64,000 nucleotides of DNA. It comes from a virus (Duplodnaviria; Heunggongvirae; Uroviricota; Caudoviricetes). The position numbers were made by a program, and so were the translations under genes. Below the pieces are notes generated by a model. The model was not told the DNA's origin and did not search any database. It saw nothing but the letters and a program-made list of their open reading frames with translations. Location: positions 1-64,000 of IMG/VR virus record IMGVR_UViG_2667527770_000005. One strand, given 5' to 3'. Positions within the stretch are counted from its first letter, which is position 1. The number at the start of each line of letters is the position of its first letter. Below, piece after piece: positions 23,998 through 34,743 of the stretch.

Positions 23998-24185
23998 AGC
24001 GCCCCTACAAAAAAGAAAAGCCACCAGCGGCGGCTTAGCAATACAACTGAAGGTAGCGCCCGGTACTCAGACTGTGCCGTCCATGGAATATTTGAAAAGG
24101 GATCCATCCGTACCGGGCGTGTGATGATTCTGACTCAAGTCACTTGTCAGTTGTCAATCATTTAAGATTAAAAATAATATATTTA

Positions 24186-24746
24186 TTAGTGCATGATGTT
24201 TGCCATTTCATAGGCGTCAGCCAGCAACTCCATCTCTGACTTGTTCAGCAGGGTGAATTCTTTCTTGCCTCCAACCACACCATCGGCATGAACAGGGACC
24301 AGCCAGGGGTATTTTGCTCTTACTTCAGCCGGAGCTGCATGCTGGTGGTGCCATCTACAAAGTGGCAATTGCTTTTTATGACAACCCGGCGCGGTACGAC
24401 CGGCGATATGGTGCAGAGACATCTCATTAGATATTACTCCATGCATATAGCAGGCAATGCAGGGGAGAGTGCCAAGAGCATTGGCGATGCGCCGTTCCTC
24501 CGCCGTTGGTGTTCTCCCCTTCAAGCCACGAGATTTTATTTTTACCGCGCTTTTCCGCGTTTTGCTGGCTGGTGGGCGCTCTTTCTGTTTAGCGATACGG
24601 CGGTCGAGAGTATCCCGCATTTTCTGATATTGAGATTCTCGCCAGACCGGATCAGCCAACTTCTCCCGTTGCCGAGCGATCGCTCGTTCTCTGGCTGCCT
24701 TCTGCCACTTGCGGCACTGTTCAATTTTTTGTTCGATTGTTTTCAT
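24186..24746 (-). CDS. ref: Ref, HNH-family recombination enhancement endonuclease
   Basis: 186-aa ORF beginning MKTIEQKIEQCRKWQKAARERA; basic N-terminus and Cys/His HNH core (CIACYMHG...HHIAG...CRWHH). Confidence 0.9.
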   Translation of the reverse strand: MKTIEQKIEQCRKWQKAARERAIARQREKLADPVWRESQYQKMRDTLDRRIAKQKERPPASKTRKSAVKIKSRGLKGRTPTAEERRIANALGTLPCIACYMHGVISNEMSLHHIAGRTAPGCHKKQLPLCRWHHQHAAPAEVRAKYPWLVPVHADGVVGGKKEFTLLNKSEMELLADAYEMANIMH

Positions 24747-24846
24747 ATGGCAAAAAAAAAAGGCGGCCTAATGGCCGCCAATGATGTCAAGGAGTGAAGT
24801 AATGGCAACGTCTTCGTAGTTGACAAAAACTGCGGCTCAATTATAG

Positions 24847-24863
24847 CGATCTATTAGAGCAAT
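24847..24863. promoter_or_regulatory. C1 operator-like site upstream of ref (14/17)
   Basis: CGATCTATTAGAGCAAT about 100 bp upstream of ref start. Confidence 0.5.
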
Positions 24864-24995
24864 GATAGATATTTTGTTTATCGCTAATCACATTTTTTCA
24901 CTTCAGTACCTGTGTGCTATACTCCTTCTTGATTGATTGGATGCGGAATACAAACCCGCTCTTTTGTGCAGCCTGGCTCCTTGCCAGGCTTTTTT

Positions 24996-25307
24996 TTATT
25001 TCATCATGGAAGTTGTTAACGCTTTGGACCTTGCTGAACTGATTGAGAGGGCTTTGTCAACGTGCCCCAAAAATTCGCCAAACTCAGACATCACTTTAGC
25101 AAAACCGCGTCGTGCTTCTTCCTCGGTGGCATTCATCACGAAATGTTCAGCACTACGCATACTTTTGACAGGAAACGCAACGGATATTGAGTCAATATCA
25201 GGCATTCTATCGCTCAGCTTTACAGTGACAATGACGGCTGGCGACTGAATATTAGTGCTTACAGACAGCACTACATATTTTCCGTCGATGTTGAAATCCT
25301 TTCTCAT
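24996..25307 (-). CDS. hypothetical protein between cre and ref (hxr/cra region)
   Basis: 103-aa ORF; no recognisable motif. Confidence 0.4.
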   Translation of the reverse strand: MRKDFNIDGKYVVLSVSTNIQSPAVIVTVKLSDRMPDIDSISVAFPVKSMRSAEHFVMNATEEEARRGFAKVMSEFGEFLGHVDKALSISSARSKALTTSMMK

Positions 25308-25357
25308 ATGTCACCATAAATATCAAATAATTATAGCAATCATTTACGCGTTAATGG

Positions 25358-26389
25358 CTAATCGCCATCTTCCAGCAGGCGCACCATTGCCCCTGTTTCA
25401 CTATCCAGGTTACGGATATAGTTCATGACAATATTTACATTGGTCCAGCCACCAGCTTGCATGATCTCCGGTATTGAAACTCCAGCGCGGGCCATATCTC
25501 GCGCGGCTCCGACACGGGCACTGTGTCCAGACCAGGCCAGGTACCTCTGGCCAGAGTCATCCTTAGCCCCGTAAATCAATCGGTGAGTTGCTTCAAAAAT
25601 CCCTTCCAGGGCGCGAGTTGATAGCTGGCTGGTGGGTGATGGCGAGGCAACACCATTTTTTCTGACCCGGCAAAACAAGTAGTTATTCGGATCATCAGCC
25701 ACACCAGAGACAGAAATCCATCGTTCGACCAGTTTAGTTACCCCCAGGCTAAGTGCCTTCTCTACACCCGCGGTACTAACCAGCGTTTTCGTTCTGCCAA
25801 TATGGATTAGCATTCTCCCACCGTCTGTACGTGAGATATCTTTAACCCTGATCCTGGCAATTTCGGCTATACGTAACAGGGTGTTATAAGCGATCCCCAG
25901 AAATGCCAGATTACGTATATCCTGGCAGCGATCGCTATTTTCCATGAGTGAACGAACCTGGTCGAAATCAGTGCGTTCGAACGCCAATGCCTGTTTTGCA
26001 CGTTCACCGGCATCAACGTTTTCTTTTCGAATCCGCCGCATGACCAGTGAAACAGCATTGCTGTCACTTGGTCGTGGCAGCCCGGACCGACGATGAAGCA
26101 TGTTTAGCTGGCCCAAATGTTGCTGGATAGTTTTTACTGCCAGACCGCGCGCCTGAAGATATAGAAGATAATCGCGAACATCTTCAGGTTCTGCGGGAAA
26201 CCACTTCCGGTTATTCAACTTGCACCATGCCGCCCACGACCGGCAAACGGACAGAAGCATTTTCCAGGTATGCTCAGAAAACGCCTGGCGATCCCTGAAC
26301 ATGTCCATCAGGTTCTTGCGAACCTCATCACTCGTTGCATCGACCGGTAATGCAGGCAAATTTTGGTGTACGGTCAGTAAATTGGACAT
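25358..26389 (-). CDS. cre: Cre tyrosine recombinase
   Basis: 343-aa ORF MSNLLTVHQNLPALPVDATSDEVRKNLMDMFRDRQAFSEHTWKMLLSVCRSW...MVRLLEDGD, essentially the Cre sequence as I know it; loxP about 420 bp upstream. Confidence 0.98.
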   Translation of the reverse strand: MSNLLTVHQNLPALPVDATSDEVRKNLMDMFRDRQAFSEHTWKMLLSVCRSWAAWCKLNNRKWFPAEPEDVRDYLLYLQARGLAVKTIQQHLGQLNMLHRRSGLPRPSDSNAVSLVMRRIRKENVDAGERAKQALAFERTDFDQVRSLMENSDRCQDIRNLAFLGIAYNTLLRIAEIARIRVKDISRTDGGRMLIHIGRTKTLVSTAGVEKALSLGVTKLVERWISVSGVADDPNNYLFCRVRKNGVASPSPTSQLSTRALEGIFEATHRLIYGAKDDSGQRYLAWSGHSARVGAARDMARAGVSIPEIMQAGGWTNVNIVMNYIRNLDSETGAMVRLLEDGD

Positions 26390-26715
26390 TTAACACTCAG
26401 ACAATAGTTTTAAGTAAAGTGTACAGGATTGGCTCTGCCTTTACCTGTTTATGGTTCTCGTCATAGAAACGCCAGCGACCGCGCGTGCGTTCTATTTTCT
26501 CTTCACCGCGCGATAATGACAGTTGGCAACTATCACGATCAAACCCTTTTGCCCGCCAGTAACCACGGTTTTTCTCAAGCTCAAGATGAGTGGACACTTT
26601 AGCAGCTGAATATCCCATTTTTCACCTCTGATTGATTGGTGGTGCTAAGTGCGCTACGCGAAATCTGGAGCACTAACACTGCCAACATTTCGCAGATTTT
26701 ACGTAGCGCAACCTT

Positions 26716-26735
26716 GATCAAATGATCAAGTGATC
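26716..26735. promoter_or_regulatory. cluster of three GATC (Dam) sites in the cre upstream region
   Basis: TGATCAAATGATCAAGTGATCA. Confidence 0.5.
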
Positions 26736-26807
26736 ACTATTTGACCTGATAAGGTATTGAACTGTATGGATTTACAGGTAAATTGATCATGTTCAATAAC
26801 CCTTAAG

Positions 26808-26841
26808 ATAACTTCGTATAATGTATGCTATACGAAGTTAT
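26808..26841. other. loxP: loxP recombination site
   Basis: exact ATAACTTCGTATA-ATGTATGC-TATACGAAGTTAT (13-bp inverted repeats, 8-bp spacer). Confidence 0.98.
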
Positions 26842-26884
26842 TAGGTCTGAAGAGGAGTTTACGTCCAGCTGCGCATAAAAATCA

Positions 26885-26901
26885 AGAATTATTAGAGCAA
26901 T
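26885..26901. promoter_or_regulatory. C1 operator (15/17, reverse) upstream of coi-c1
   Basis: AGAATTATTAGAGCAAT. Confidence 0.6.
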
Positions 26902-26967
26902 AAATTTTGAGAGAAAAATCCCATTCCACCAGCCAAAAACTGGATTGTTTTTCATAGTTGTTTGACA

Positions 26968-26984
26968 ATTGCTCTAATAAATTA
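26968..26984. promoter_or_regulatory. C1 operator (16/17, forward) upstream of coi-c1
   Basis: ATTGCTCTAATAAATTA. Confidence 0.7.
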
Positions 26985-27222
26985 TAGTTTTGCCGCCGTT
27001 ACGTAATACGATTTTGGATTCACTATTTAATGTGTCTTCAGCGTTGTAGAGCGGCTCAGAAGGAAATGAGCAAACAGGGAAACCTTATACAACGGCATTA
27101 CAGCTATGCATTGCTCATCTTACACACAGCGCAATGTTGTTAGATTACCCCAGCATGGATCATGGGTGAAACAGTAGGTCAGAGCTTCAGGCTCTGTGTT
27201 GTCAATACAGTGAGGCATAATT

Positions 27223-27432
27223 ATGGCTTTCATTCAACCAACCATCGACGACGTTAGACATTGCTCTAACGCTTTATCTGTAGACCCTGCCGAAACCGAC
27301 GCTGCCCGCGCCATTGCTGAACACTACTCAAAGATATCCAATCAGGAGTACCGCATCACCCAAGACGACCTGGATGACCTCACTGACACAATCGAATATC
27401 TCATGGCAACTAACCAGTTAGACTCACAATAA
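27223..27432 (+). CDS. coi: Coi, C1 inactivator
   Basis: 69-aa ORF immediately upstream of c1 and downstream of C1 operators. Confidence 0.8.
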   Translation: MAFIQPTIDDVRHCSNALSVDPAETDAARAIAEHYSKISNQEYRITQDDLDDLTDTIEYLMATNQLDSQ

Positions 27433-27542
27433 ATGCACTAATAAATCTATTATTTTTGTTTGATCCCTCTATAATATAGGTCAGTAATGACCGGTTTTCT
27501 CAGCCGGGCGTTATTGACCATGTCAATTCTGGAGGAGGATCA

Positions 27543-28394
27543 ATGATAAATTATGTCTACGGCGAACAACTGTACCAGGAGTTCGTCAGCTTCAGGGATC
27601 TCTTTCTAAAAAAAGCTGTTGCACGCGCCCAACACGTTGATACAGCCAGCGACGGTCGTCCTGTACGCCCGGTTGTCGTTCTACCGTTCAAAGAAACTGA
27701 CAGCATTCAGGCTGAAATTGATAAATGGACTTTAATGGCGCGGGAACTGGAACAGTACCCAGACCTCAATATCCCAAAGACTATTTTATATCCAGTGCCT
27801 AACATCCTTCGCGGTGTGCGTAAGGTTACAACTTATCAGACAGAAGCTGTGAACAGCGTCAACATGACCGCTGGCCGCATTATTCATCTGATTGATAAGG
27901 ACATTCGCATCCAAAAAAGCGCGGGGATCAATGAGCACAGTGCGAAATACATAGAGAACCTGGAAGCAACAAAAGAGCTAATGAAGCAGTACCCGGAGGA
28001 TGAAAAATTCCGTATGCGCGTACACGGCTTTAGCGAAACAATGCTGCGCGTCCACTACATTTCCAGTAGCCCTAACTACAATGATGGTAAATCAGTTAGT
28101 TACCATGTGCCGCTGTGTGGTGTGTTTATCTGCGATGAAACTCTCCGTGATGGAATCATCATCAACGGTGAATTCGAGAAAGCAAAATTTAGCCTTTATG
28201 ACTCTATAGAACCGATCATCTGCGACCGCTGGCCGCAGGCAAAAATATATCGCCTGGCAGATATTGAAAATGTAAAAAAACAAATTGCCATCACTCGCGA
28301 AGAGAAAAAGGTCAAATCAGCCGCATCAGTTACGCGCAGCCGTAAAACTAAGAAGGGGCAGCCAGTAAACAGCAACCCCGAAAGCGCGCAATAG
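27543..28394 (+). CDS. c1: C1 repressor of lytic functions
   Basis: 283-aa ORF beginning MINYVYGEQLYQEFVSFRDLFLKKAVARAQHVD, recognised as P1 C1. Confidence 0.96.
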   Translation: MINYVYGEQLYQEFVSFRDLFLKKAVARAQHVDTASDGRPVRPVVVLPFKETDSIQAEIDKWTLMARELEQYPDLNIPKTILYPVPNILRGVRKVTTYQTEAVNSVNMTAGRIIHLIDKDIRIQKSAGINEHSAKYIENLEATKELMKQYPEDEKFRMRVHGFSETMLRVHYISSSPNYNDGKSVSYHVPLCGVFICDETLRDGIIINGEFEKAKFSLYDSIEPIICDRWPQAKIYRLADIENVKKQIAITREEKKVKSAASVTRSRKTKKGQPVNSNPESAQ

Positions 28395-28419
28395 TTTTCC
28401 ATCCGGCATGGTCAAATTG

Positions 28420-29904
28420 TTATTCATTAAGCCATGCCAGAGCTTCATCAACCTGCGCTTCGTCTTCGACGCTAAGCACTTCATCCTGGGGAACATAGTT
28501 CGCCAACATAGCGAAACAATATGTATCCCAATGGTCCGGTGAGTGCAGGTTGAGTTTTTTCTTCATATCTTCCTTTGACATCACCTTCCATTGACCTGCG
28601 GAATTTATCCCTACCGGTATCTTTGATGCTTCCTCTATAGTCGCAGCCCCCTTATCAAGCCGCATACGCCCTGATTTTACAGCTTCTGCCGCCTGAATAT
28701 TCGCGAAAGCGCGCATATCGAAATAAAGGCTTTTATCTTCACGGCTGTGCATCTTTTTACCCCAGCGGATACGCTGGACGGTAATGCCATAGCGTTCGTA
28801 CATTAGATCAGCCGTCGATTTCCCCAAGCCATCGCCATCAATAGCTATGGTTATGTTCGGGAACCGTTCTGGGTTACATTCTGCGAAAATCTTGGCGGCT
28901 AACTGCGTTTCTGTAACGTCTGTGTATTCCAGCATACGATAGTTGATTACACGGCGTTTATTTCGCTGGCCGGACACCATCATGATATTAATAACGGACT
29001 TATCTCGCCCTGTGCCACCAGCAACGTCAACACATGCAACCCAGCCCCATCCTTTGGCAATCTTGACCTTTCGCCGCGTCGCCCGCTCAACCTCATCACG
29101 ACCAAGAAGAAAGCCATCTTGAGATTTGGGAAATTCACCACGTACTTTGATCATGTACATGGGGTTATCACGACCGCCATACTCCGCAAGTTTTGCTCGT
29201 ATAAATTTTGCATCTACAAGCGGAGATTCTTCACTATTCAGTATTATCGCAGTAAACAATCCATCAGGATTTCCCGGGCGAATAGCTAGTCTGTGGTGTG
29301 AATCGTAGAAATAGCCTGAAGGTCGCGTAGGCTGGGAAAGAAGCAGAATACGGTTATCCTTACCGGTCAGCGCACCTGTTATCACACTGAATGCTTTATC
29401 ACTCACACCCGACGCTTCGTCGATGATATACAAGAGATGATCGGCGTGTTCACCAGCCAACGCCTCCTCATTTCCGGGGCGACAGGACTTTATCAATATT
29501 GTCCAAACACCCTTGCCAGTCACCTCAAAAAAAGACGTTTCTGTAAGAATGAAATACTTCGACAACCACGGGAATCTGCTAACAGCAGTAGCCCAATTGC
29601 TCTTTATGTATTTGAAAATACCATCAAGGACTTGCTGTCTTTTGTTAGCGACCAGAATGACGCGAGCGCCGGGGAAAAACATGATGAAGAGTATTGCAAT
29701 GATACTCGTCATATCCGATTTACCAGTACCATGGCCGGAGGTCACACTTGTCCAACTGCCGTCCTGCTGCGTGGACTCAATGATCTCATCCTGCTGCCAG
29801 GTTGGTGTCTTCCCAAACAACACATCAGCGGCCGCAATCCAGTCATAACGATATAGCGCCACCAGCTCGCGCCAACGTGGGTCCGTTACGCAACTTCTGG
29901 CCAT
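28420..29904 (-). CDS. pacB: PacB terminase large subunit
   Basis: 494-aa ORF with ATPase motifs (GHGTGKS Walker A, LYIIDEA Walker B), downstream of pacA with 1-nt overlap. Confidence 0.9.
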
Positions 29905-31097
29905 TAATCATCATCCCCGTACAGTTTGCGGGTAACTTCTTCGTCTTCCTCCTCGTCTTCGTCCAGATCCTGTTCAAGCCATGCTTCGTTTGATATGCCT
30001 TCCGCATCGACATCACCATAACCACCTGTATCGACGATATCGGCAATTTCTTCTCTACGATGCTCAATCCACAATGCCGCATCAGCGCGGCGGCTGGCGG
30101 CCCGTTCTCGCGCGATTTTATCCAGATCTTCAAGTGATGGAGCGCCAGATGCTGTTTGGTTTTCCTCATCATCGGTATTGGTCTTAGGAGCACGCAGATC
30201 GGCTTTGATTTGCTCCAGCATCAGGGGCGGCACTTTCCCGCCATGCGCCTCGATGAATTCAGCTGCTTCCAGCACTGACCAGTTATTTTCACGCTTTCGT
30301 TCGTATGCCAGCTTAACAATGCCAGCTTGCCCCATAGATAAAGCGTGCTTTTCCGCCTCCCGGCTTTCTTTTCGATAGTTATTCCGGATGCTGTAAATGG
30401 TGTTGATCAGGCTGCTTATCTGCGCGGAACAGCTGTTTAGCATGCTCGCGATACGATATTCAGGCGGAGTCCCTTCATCATCGTTTTTTTGCTGATCACG
30501 CATTTCCTGCACCAGGCGAATACACGTATCCCTGGCGTTCTCCAGCATAAGGAGATGAGAAAGAGACTTTTCAAGAAGAGTGGTTTCCAGAACATCGGCC
30601 CCGGACCTACGCAACATAGCGCGCGCGGCCTTCCGCGCTTCAACGTTATCTATCAGGTAATCGTCAGCTTCGAATTCAAAGCGTTCACCATCATCATCCA
30701 GGGTGTCGCGTTCCAGGCGATCACGTAAGGTCCGGTGGGCGCGGGTGATCACGTCATGATCATCTGAACGATCATTTATGCGCTTATTTTGGCGCTTCGC
30801 ATTCTCGACTGCGGCACTGACAACGGCATTAACTCTTTGTTTTTCCACTATTTCAGCCGCAATGTGATCACCTGCATGTTGATCATTAGAGTGATCAATG
30901 ATCATGCTTTTTAGTGGCTTCCTGACTGGCTTATTTGGCTTGCGGCTGTCCGCTGTCCTGGTGTCTTCTTTGAAGGCACGGAGATAACGACGTGCGGTAT
31001 TAGGGTTAAGATTAAACTCGGCGGCATACTGTGCGATGGTGTAACCACCATCTCGCGCCAGGCGAGCAAAATTCTTCTTGTGATCGTCCCAGGTCAC
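29904..31097 (-). CDS. pacA: PacA terminase small subunit
   Basis: 397-aa ORF with N-terminal HTH and acidic C-terminus; contains the pac hexamer cluster. Confidence 0.9.
30744..30904. other. pac: pac packaging site (TGATCA/CGATCA hexamer clusters)
   Basis: three hexamers at 30744-30774 and four at 30865-30904 inside pacA, the 3+4 arrangement described for P1 pac. Confidence 0.8.
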
Positions 31098-31182
31098 TTA
31101 TGCTTCCTTTCGTAAAAACTCTTTTTGACGCGAGGGTAACGAAAGTCACATGTCAAAAGGCCCGGAACGGGCAAGCAATCAA

Positions 31183-31635
31183 TCAGATACGTGCGGATGT
31201 GGCATTACCGTAATGACGGTGCTGACGGGCCACCTTATTGAAAAGTTGACGCGCCATTACCCAAGGCTGGTGCTCCCGGCGTTCCTTTTCGTCCTGCGTC
31301 ATATAGAGTTCGTTCTGGAGTTTTTCATCAAACCGGCGCGGCGCGCGGCTGCGGCGAAAGAATTCAGGATTCAGAGAGTGGATCTGAAATCTACGTGGGC
31401 GTGTACTGTCATCAATCAAAACAGACGAATACTTAGACACAGCGATAGCCTTTAAGCGCAGATAAACGTCGCGCTTATCGACATCCAGATGCGGGTATTC
31501 CTTTTCAAGGATTGCTGCGAGTTCTTTCGCTGATAGAAGAGACTTAGTGCGGATCATGTAATCCGCAATCTCATACGATGTTATTCGTGAGTGATTTATT
31601 TCCATGAAGTGGCGTCCCTGCCAGTTAAGTAACAT
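31183..31635 (-). CDS. lpa: Lpa late promoter activator
   Basis: 150-aa ORF upstream of pacA, preceded by a C1 operator-like site. Confidence 0.7.
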   Translation of the reverse strand: MLLNWQGRHFMEINHSRITSYEIADYMIRTKSLLSAKELAAILEKEYPHLDVDKRDVYLRLKAIAVSKYSSVLIDDSTRPRRFQIHSLNPEFFRRSRAPRRFDEKLQNELYMTQDEKERREHQPWVMARQLFNKVARQHRHYGNATSARI

Positions 31636-31706
31636 CCTGTCACCTACTGATTAGCCCATGTCAACTAATCAACGTGGAATATAATACCCTCGATTAAATA
31701 AATAGC

Positions 31707-31723
31707 AATACATTAGAGCAATT
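31707..31723. promoter_or_regulatory. C1 operator-like site upstream of lpa (14/17)
   Basis: CAATACATTAGAGCAAT. Confidence 0.5.
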
Positions 31724-32767
31724 TTATCTAACGCTCGACGAATGACTTGTGATAACGCCGACTCCAAGCGCGTAATCAAAGAACAATCGTTGATGCATCG
31801 CCAACCTACCGTGCGTCTTCTCCCAATTATCGCGGTCACGCTCAATATCACGCTGGCATGACTGGCACAGAGGAATTGCGTAAATGTCATGCGCGCATAA
31901 TCGACTATGACGAACGATATAAGGCGTAATGTGAGCGCCAGCTCCCGCAGCTCCACACCCACAGCATGGACGGGAAGCAACAAAGTTCATGTACTCGGGT
32001 AATTTTAGCGATTGCAGTTTTGGTATTTTGAAATGCGCCATGCCAGGGTCGGAGTCAACATCCACAGGGCATACTTTTGCACGCATCGGCGCGGCGCGTT
32101 CTTCCATCATCTGAACATATGCTGTAGCACGATCGTCGTACGGGCGAATATCCGCCTCTTTCAGAGGTCCGCTATCCTGCGAAGTAGCCTTCATCTTATT
32201 TATTGATATGCGGCAGACTTCTTCCGGCATTAGGTGCATCATGTCGCGCATGAAAGCCCACCAGCACAGTTCCTGAATACTTAAATCATGGCCATCTGAA
32301 AGCCCCATTTCCTGACGGGCGACATCCAGTATCCAGTTAACACGATTATTATGCAGCGTTTCTTTCAGCTCATTAAAACCACGCATCCGGTAATGGTTAT
32401 CGTGATGCCAGCACAACAACACCGCGCTATTGTCTCGTTCTGCGTGGACAATATGGTTGTCACACCAGCTACGATCTGCGGCCTGGCATTGCCCCTCTTT
32501 CCTGCGCAACCACGCCACCAGCGCGTCAATTCCACCAATACGGCGAAACAGTTCATCGCTGTTAAAAAACGGCTGCAACGCCTCATTTGTTACCATAGTT
32601 TGCTCGGAAACAACGAGGCCGTCGTCCATGTGCTCGATTAACTCACGCGGCACCGGCTCCATAATAAATTTACGGCCAGCCTCCACCAGCTTTCTGACTT
32701 CCTGATCCACTTTGAATGTGGCGACGCCAAGCTCTTTTTGTACAAAGGGAGTAATTACGGCTTTCAC
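31724..32767 (-). CDS. pdcB: PdcB-like protein (Cys-rich)
   Basis: 347-aa ORF downstream of doc; by synteny. Confidence 0.5.
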   Translation of the reverse strand: MKAVITPFVQKELGVATFKVDQEVRKLVEAGRKFIMEPVPRELIEHMDDGLVVSEQTMVTNEALQPFFNSDELFRRIGGIDALVAWLRRKEGQCQAADRSWCDNHIVHAERDNSAVLLCWHHDNHYRMRGFNELKETLHNNRVNWILDVARQEMGLSDGHDLSIQELCWWAFMRDMMHLMPEEVCRISINKMKATSQDSGPLKEADIRPYDDRATAYVQMMEERAAPMRAKVCPVDVDSDPGMAHFKIPKLQSLKLPEYMNFVASRPCCGCGAAGAGAHITPYIVRHSRLCAHDIYAIPLCQSCQRDIERDRDNWEKTHGRLAMHQRLFFDYALGVGVITSHSSSVR

Positions 32768-32794
32768 ATCACACCTTTCATCACTGATTGGGCT

Positions 32795-32974
32795 TTATCT
32801 GCTGCCCGGCATTCTCTGTTTAAGCACAACCATTTCCTGACGGCATAACACAGCAATAGCAGTCCTGGCTCCAATTTGCTTACCAACCAGGTATTGCTTT
32901 ACCTCGCGGCGACTCACGCCATCAAGAAGCATCTTTAACGCTTCACGGGACAACTTGTTGTATTTACGTGCCAT
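32795..32974 (-). CDS. small basic protein downstream of doc (pdcA-like)
   Basis: 59 aa from MARKYNKLSREALKML; the track ORF 32795..32995 would overlap doc. Confidence 0.35.
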   Translation of the reverse strand: MARKYNKLSREALKMLLDGVSRREVKQYLVGKQIGARTAIAVLCRQEMVVLKQRMPGSR

Positions 32975-32978
32975 TAAT

Positions 32979-33359
32979 CTACTCCGCAGAACCATACAAT
33001 CTACGTAACGTGTCGGCGACAGAAGATACAGATATCTCTCCGGTCGCAGCCCCTACGGTAAGGTCTGCCAGTTCTGGTGAATCAAATACCTGCACCCCGT
33101 TACGGCGTAGAAATAGCAGCGCACTGTTTAGCGCGGTACGCTTATTGGCATCATTGAATATATGCCCTCTCGCAGTAGCCACCAGGTAGGTGGCGGAGAC
33201 TTCGAAAAGGTCGGTGATATCTTCGTAGGCAACTCTGGCCTGAACTCTCCCGATAATGGCCTCTGCCCTACCCGGATCTGACATTCCCGGCAGGCCGCCG
33301 TAGCGGTTTATATTCGCATCATGAAGCGCAATAAGTTCTTCCGGTGATATATGCCTCAT
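32979..33359 (-). CDS. doc: Doc toxin (Fic-fold kinase) of phd-doc addiction module
   Basis: 126-aa [25 protein letters not shown]..., recognised as P1 Doc; 1-nt overlap with phd. Confidence 0.95.
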   Translation of the reverse strand: MRHISPEELIALHDANINRYGGLPGMSDPGRAEAIIGRVQARVAYEDITDLFEVSATYLVATARGHIFNDANKRTALNSALLFLRRNGVQVFDSPELADLTVGAATGEISVSSVADTLRRLYGSAE

Positions 33360-33580
33360 TATCGGTTAACCAGTTCCTTGTTGGTGGAGTCCAGGGTGTC
33401 AAACAGGGATGCAAATTCAGCATCCAGCGCCGCTTTTTTGTAGGCTTCGAAAGTAGCCTTGCTGACAATTACTGCTGGCTCACGGCCTCTGCGAGTGATT
33501 TCAACCTCTTCCCCGGCTTCAACATTGTTGAGCACTTCAGAAAGGTTGCCGCGCGCGGTACGGAAGTTAATGGATTGCAT
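33359..33580 (-). CDS. phd: Phd antitoxin
   Basis: 73 aa [39 protein letters not shown]..., recognised as P1 Phd (track ORF carries 2 extra N-terminal residues). Confidence 0.95.
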   Translation of the reverse strand: MQSINFRTARGNLSEVLNNVEAGEEVEITRRGREPAVIVSKATFEAYKKAALDAEFASLFDTLDSTNKELVNR

Positions 33581-33652
33581 AAACACCTCGTGTACTCGTT
33601 ATGTGTACACAATTATAAACCTCACAGGCATAAAGCACCAGCCCTTTGCAGC

Positions 33653-34042
33653 TTAAATGACCGGACAATCATCAAATTCCCCACTTCGGGCATCATTGAT
33701 GACATGAGTGATCACACCAAAAACAGCATTACTTCCCGTGCATCCATCGTCATCTACTGGTAACGCCTCTTTCTTCCCGGTGCTTAAATCCTCCAGGTGC
33801 TGGCGCGGATACTTCCTGTATCTCTTTATGCGATATTCACCCTCCATAGCGCACACAAGCAGAGAACCATCAACCGGAGTAAGCGAGGAATCAACCACCA
33901 GCAAAGCACCCTGCAATATTCCCTCACGGTGATGGCTATCAGCTGCCCGCATGAAGTAGGTTGCTGATGGATGCCTGATTAGTTGCTGATCAAGAGAAAT
34001 TCGGCTTTCAACATAATCCGCCGCAGGAGAAGGGAAGTCCAT
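33653..34042 (-). CDS. humD: HumD, UmuD' homologue
   Basis: 129-aa ORF with LexA/UmuD-type peptidase S24 domain; LexA box immediately upstream. Confidence 0.88.
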   Translation of the reverse strand: MDFPSPAADYVESRISLDQQLIRHPSATYFMRAADSHHREGILQGALLVVDSSLTPVDGSLLVCAMEGEYRIKRYRKYPRQHLEDLSTGKKEALPVDDDGCTGSNAVFGVITHVINDARSGEFDDCPVI

Positions 34043-34060
34043 AGCGTTTCCATCTCTAAA

Positions 34061-34080
34061 TACTGTTTATATATACAGTA
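34061..34080. promoter_or_regulatory. LexA (SOS) box
   Basis: TACTGTTTATATATACAGTA, perfect CTGT-N8-ACAG, 19 bp upstream of humD start. Confidence 0.8.
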
Positions 34081-34140
34081 TACATTAAAGAGGCTTGAAG
34101 TGTGCAATAGCGCGATGCTTTGCGCTCGCCTAGTGGCGCG

Positions 34141-34392
34141 TTATTTTTTGGCTATATCATCTTTCTGATATACCGGATCGTTCCCTTTTGGCAGCTGGAG
34201 GCTTAACTGCCGGTAGTGCCGTAGCCGTTCCATGAAATAGGTGCGCAGGTTCTCCGGCTGCTCACGAGCTACCTGTTCCGCTATGACGGGTATGCTCAAT
34301 CGCTCTTTGTACGCCACACCGCTGGCAGCCAGATCAACGTTAACCTTATCCCGTTCTTCCTGACTTTTAGCTGCAATATTCCAGTCGCTCAT
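34141..34392 (-). CDS. hot: Hot, homologue of DNA polymerase III theta subunit
   Basis: 83-aa ORF; [38 protein letters not shown] resembles HolE. Confidence 0.8.
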   Translation of the reverse strand: MSDWNIAAKSQEERDKVNVDLAASGVAYKERLSIPVIAEQVAREQPENLRTYFMERLRHYRQLSLQLPKGNDPVYQKDDIAKK

Positions 34393-34743
34393 ATTTAAGG
34401 CTCACATTTCCAGATGGTATTCTGAACGCCCGTGCCGGGCGCGAGATGGGGGTTAGCATTCGCGCTATGCAGATATACAGCTTTAGACTTTCCGTATTGC
34501 TGACAGGCTTTATCTGCGTTTTTTGCAGGCTATCCAAGCCCATACCAGCCATCGGACTGGATGCTAACCTTTTCACCGTCATTGTATTGCACCATTGCAC
34601 ACCCAGATATAGCTATCATCGCACCGACAATACCGCTTTTCCAAAAAGCTCTAATTAGGTCATTCGTTGCCTAATGTCCGAACTGCTAAAGCATCAAAGT
34701 TGCTGTAGAATCACCGCCAATTACTTAAGCCTGAAATAAGTGG

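Noticed and set aside
26397-26618. 73-aa ORF immediately upstream of cre
   Set aside because: Lies in the cre promoter/leader between loxP and cre; no convincing start signal. Kept only as a remote possibility.
34367-34600. 77-aa minus-strand ORF upstream of hot
   Set aside because: Overlaps hot by about 26 nt, no recognisable RBS or domain; could be an lxr/upfQ-type gene but support is too weak.
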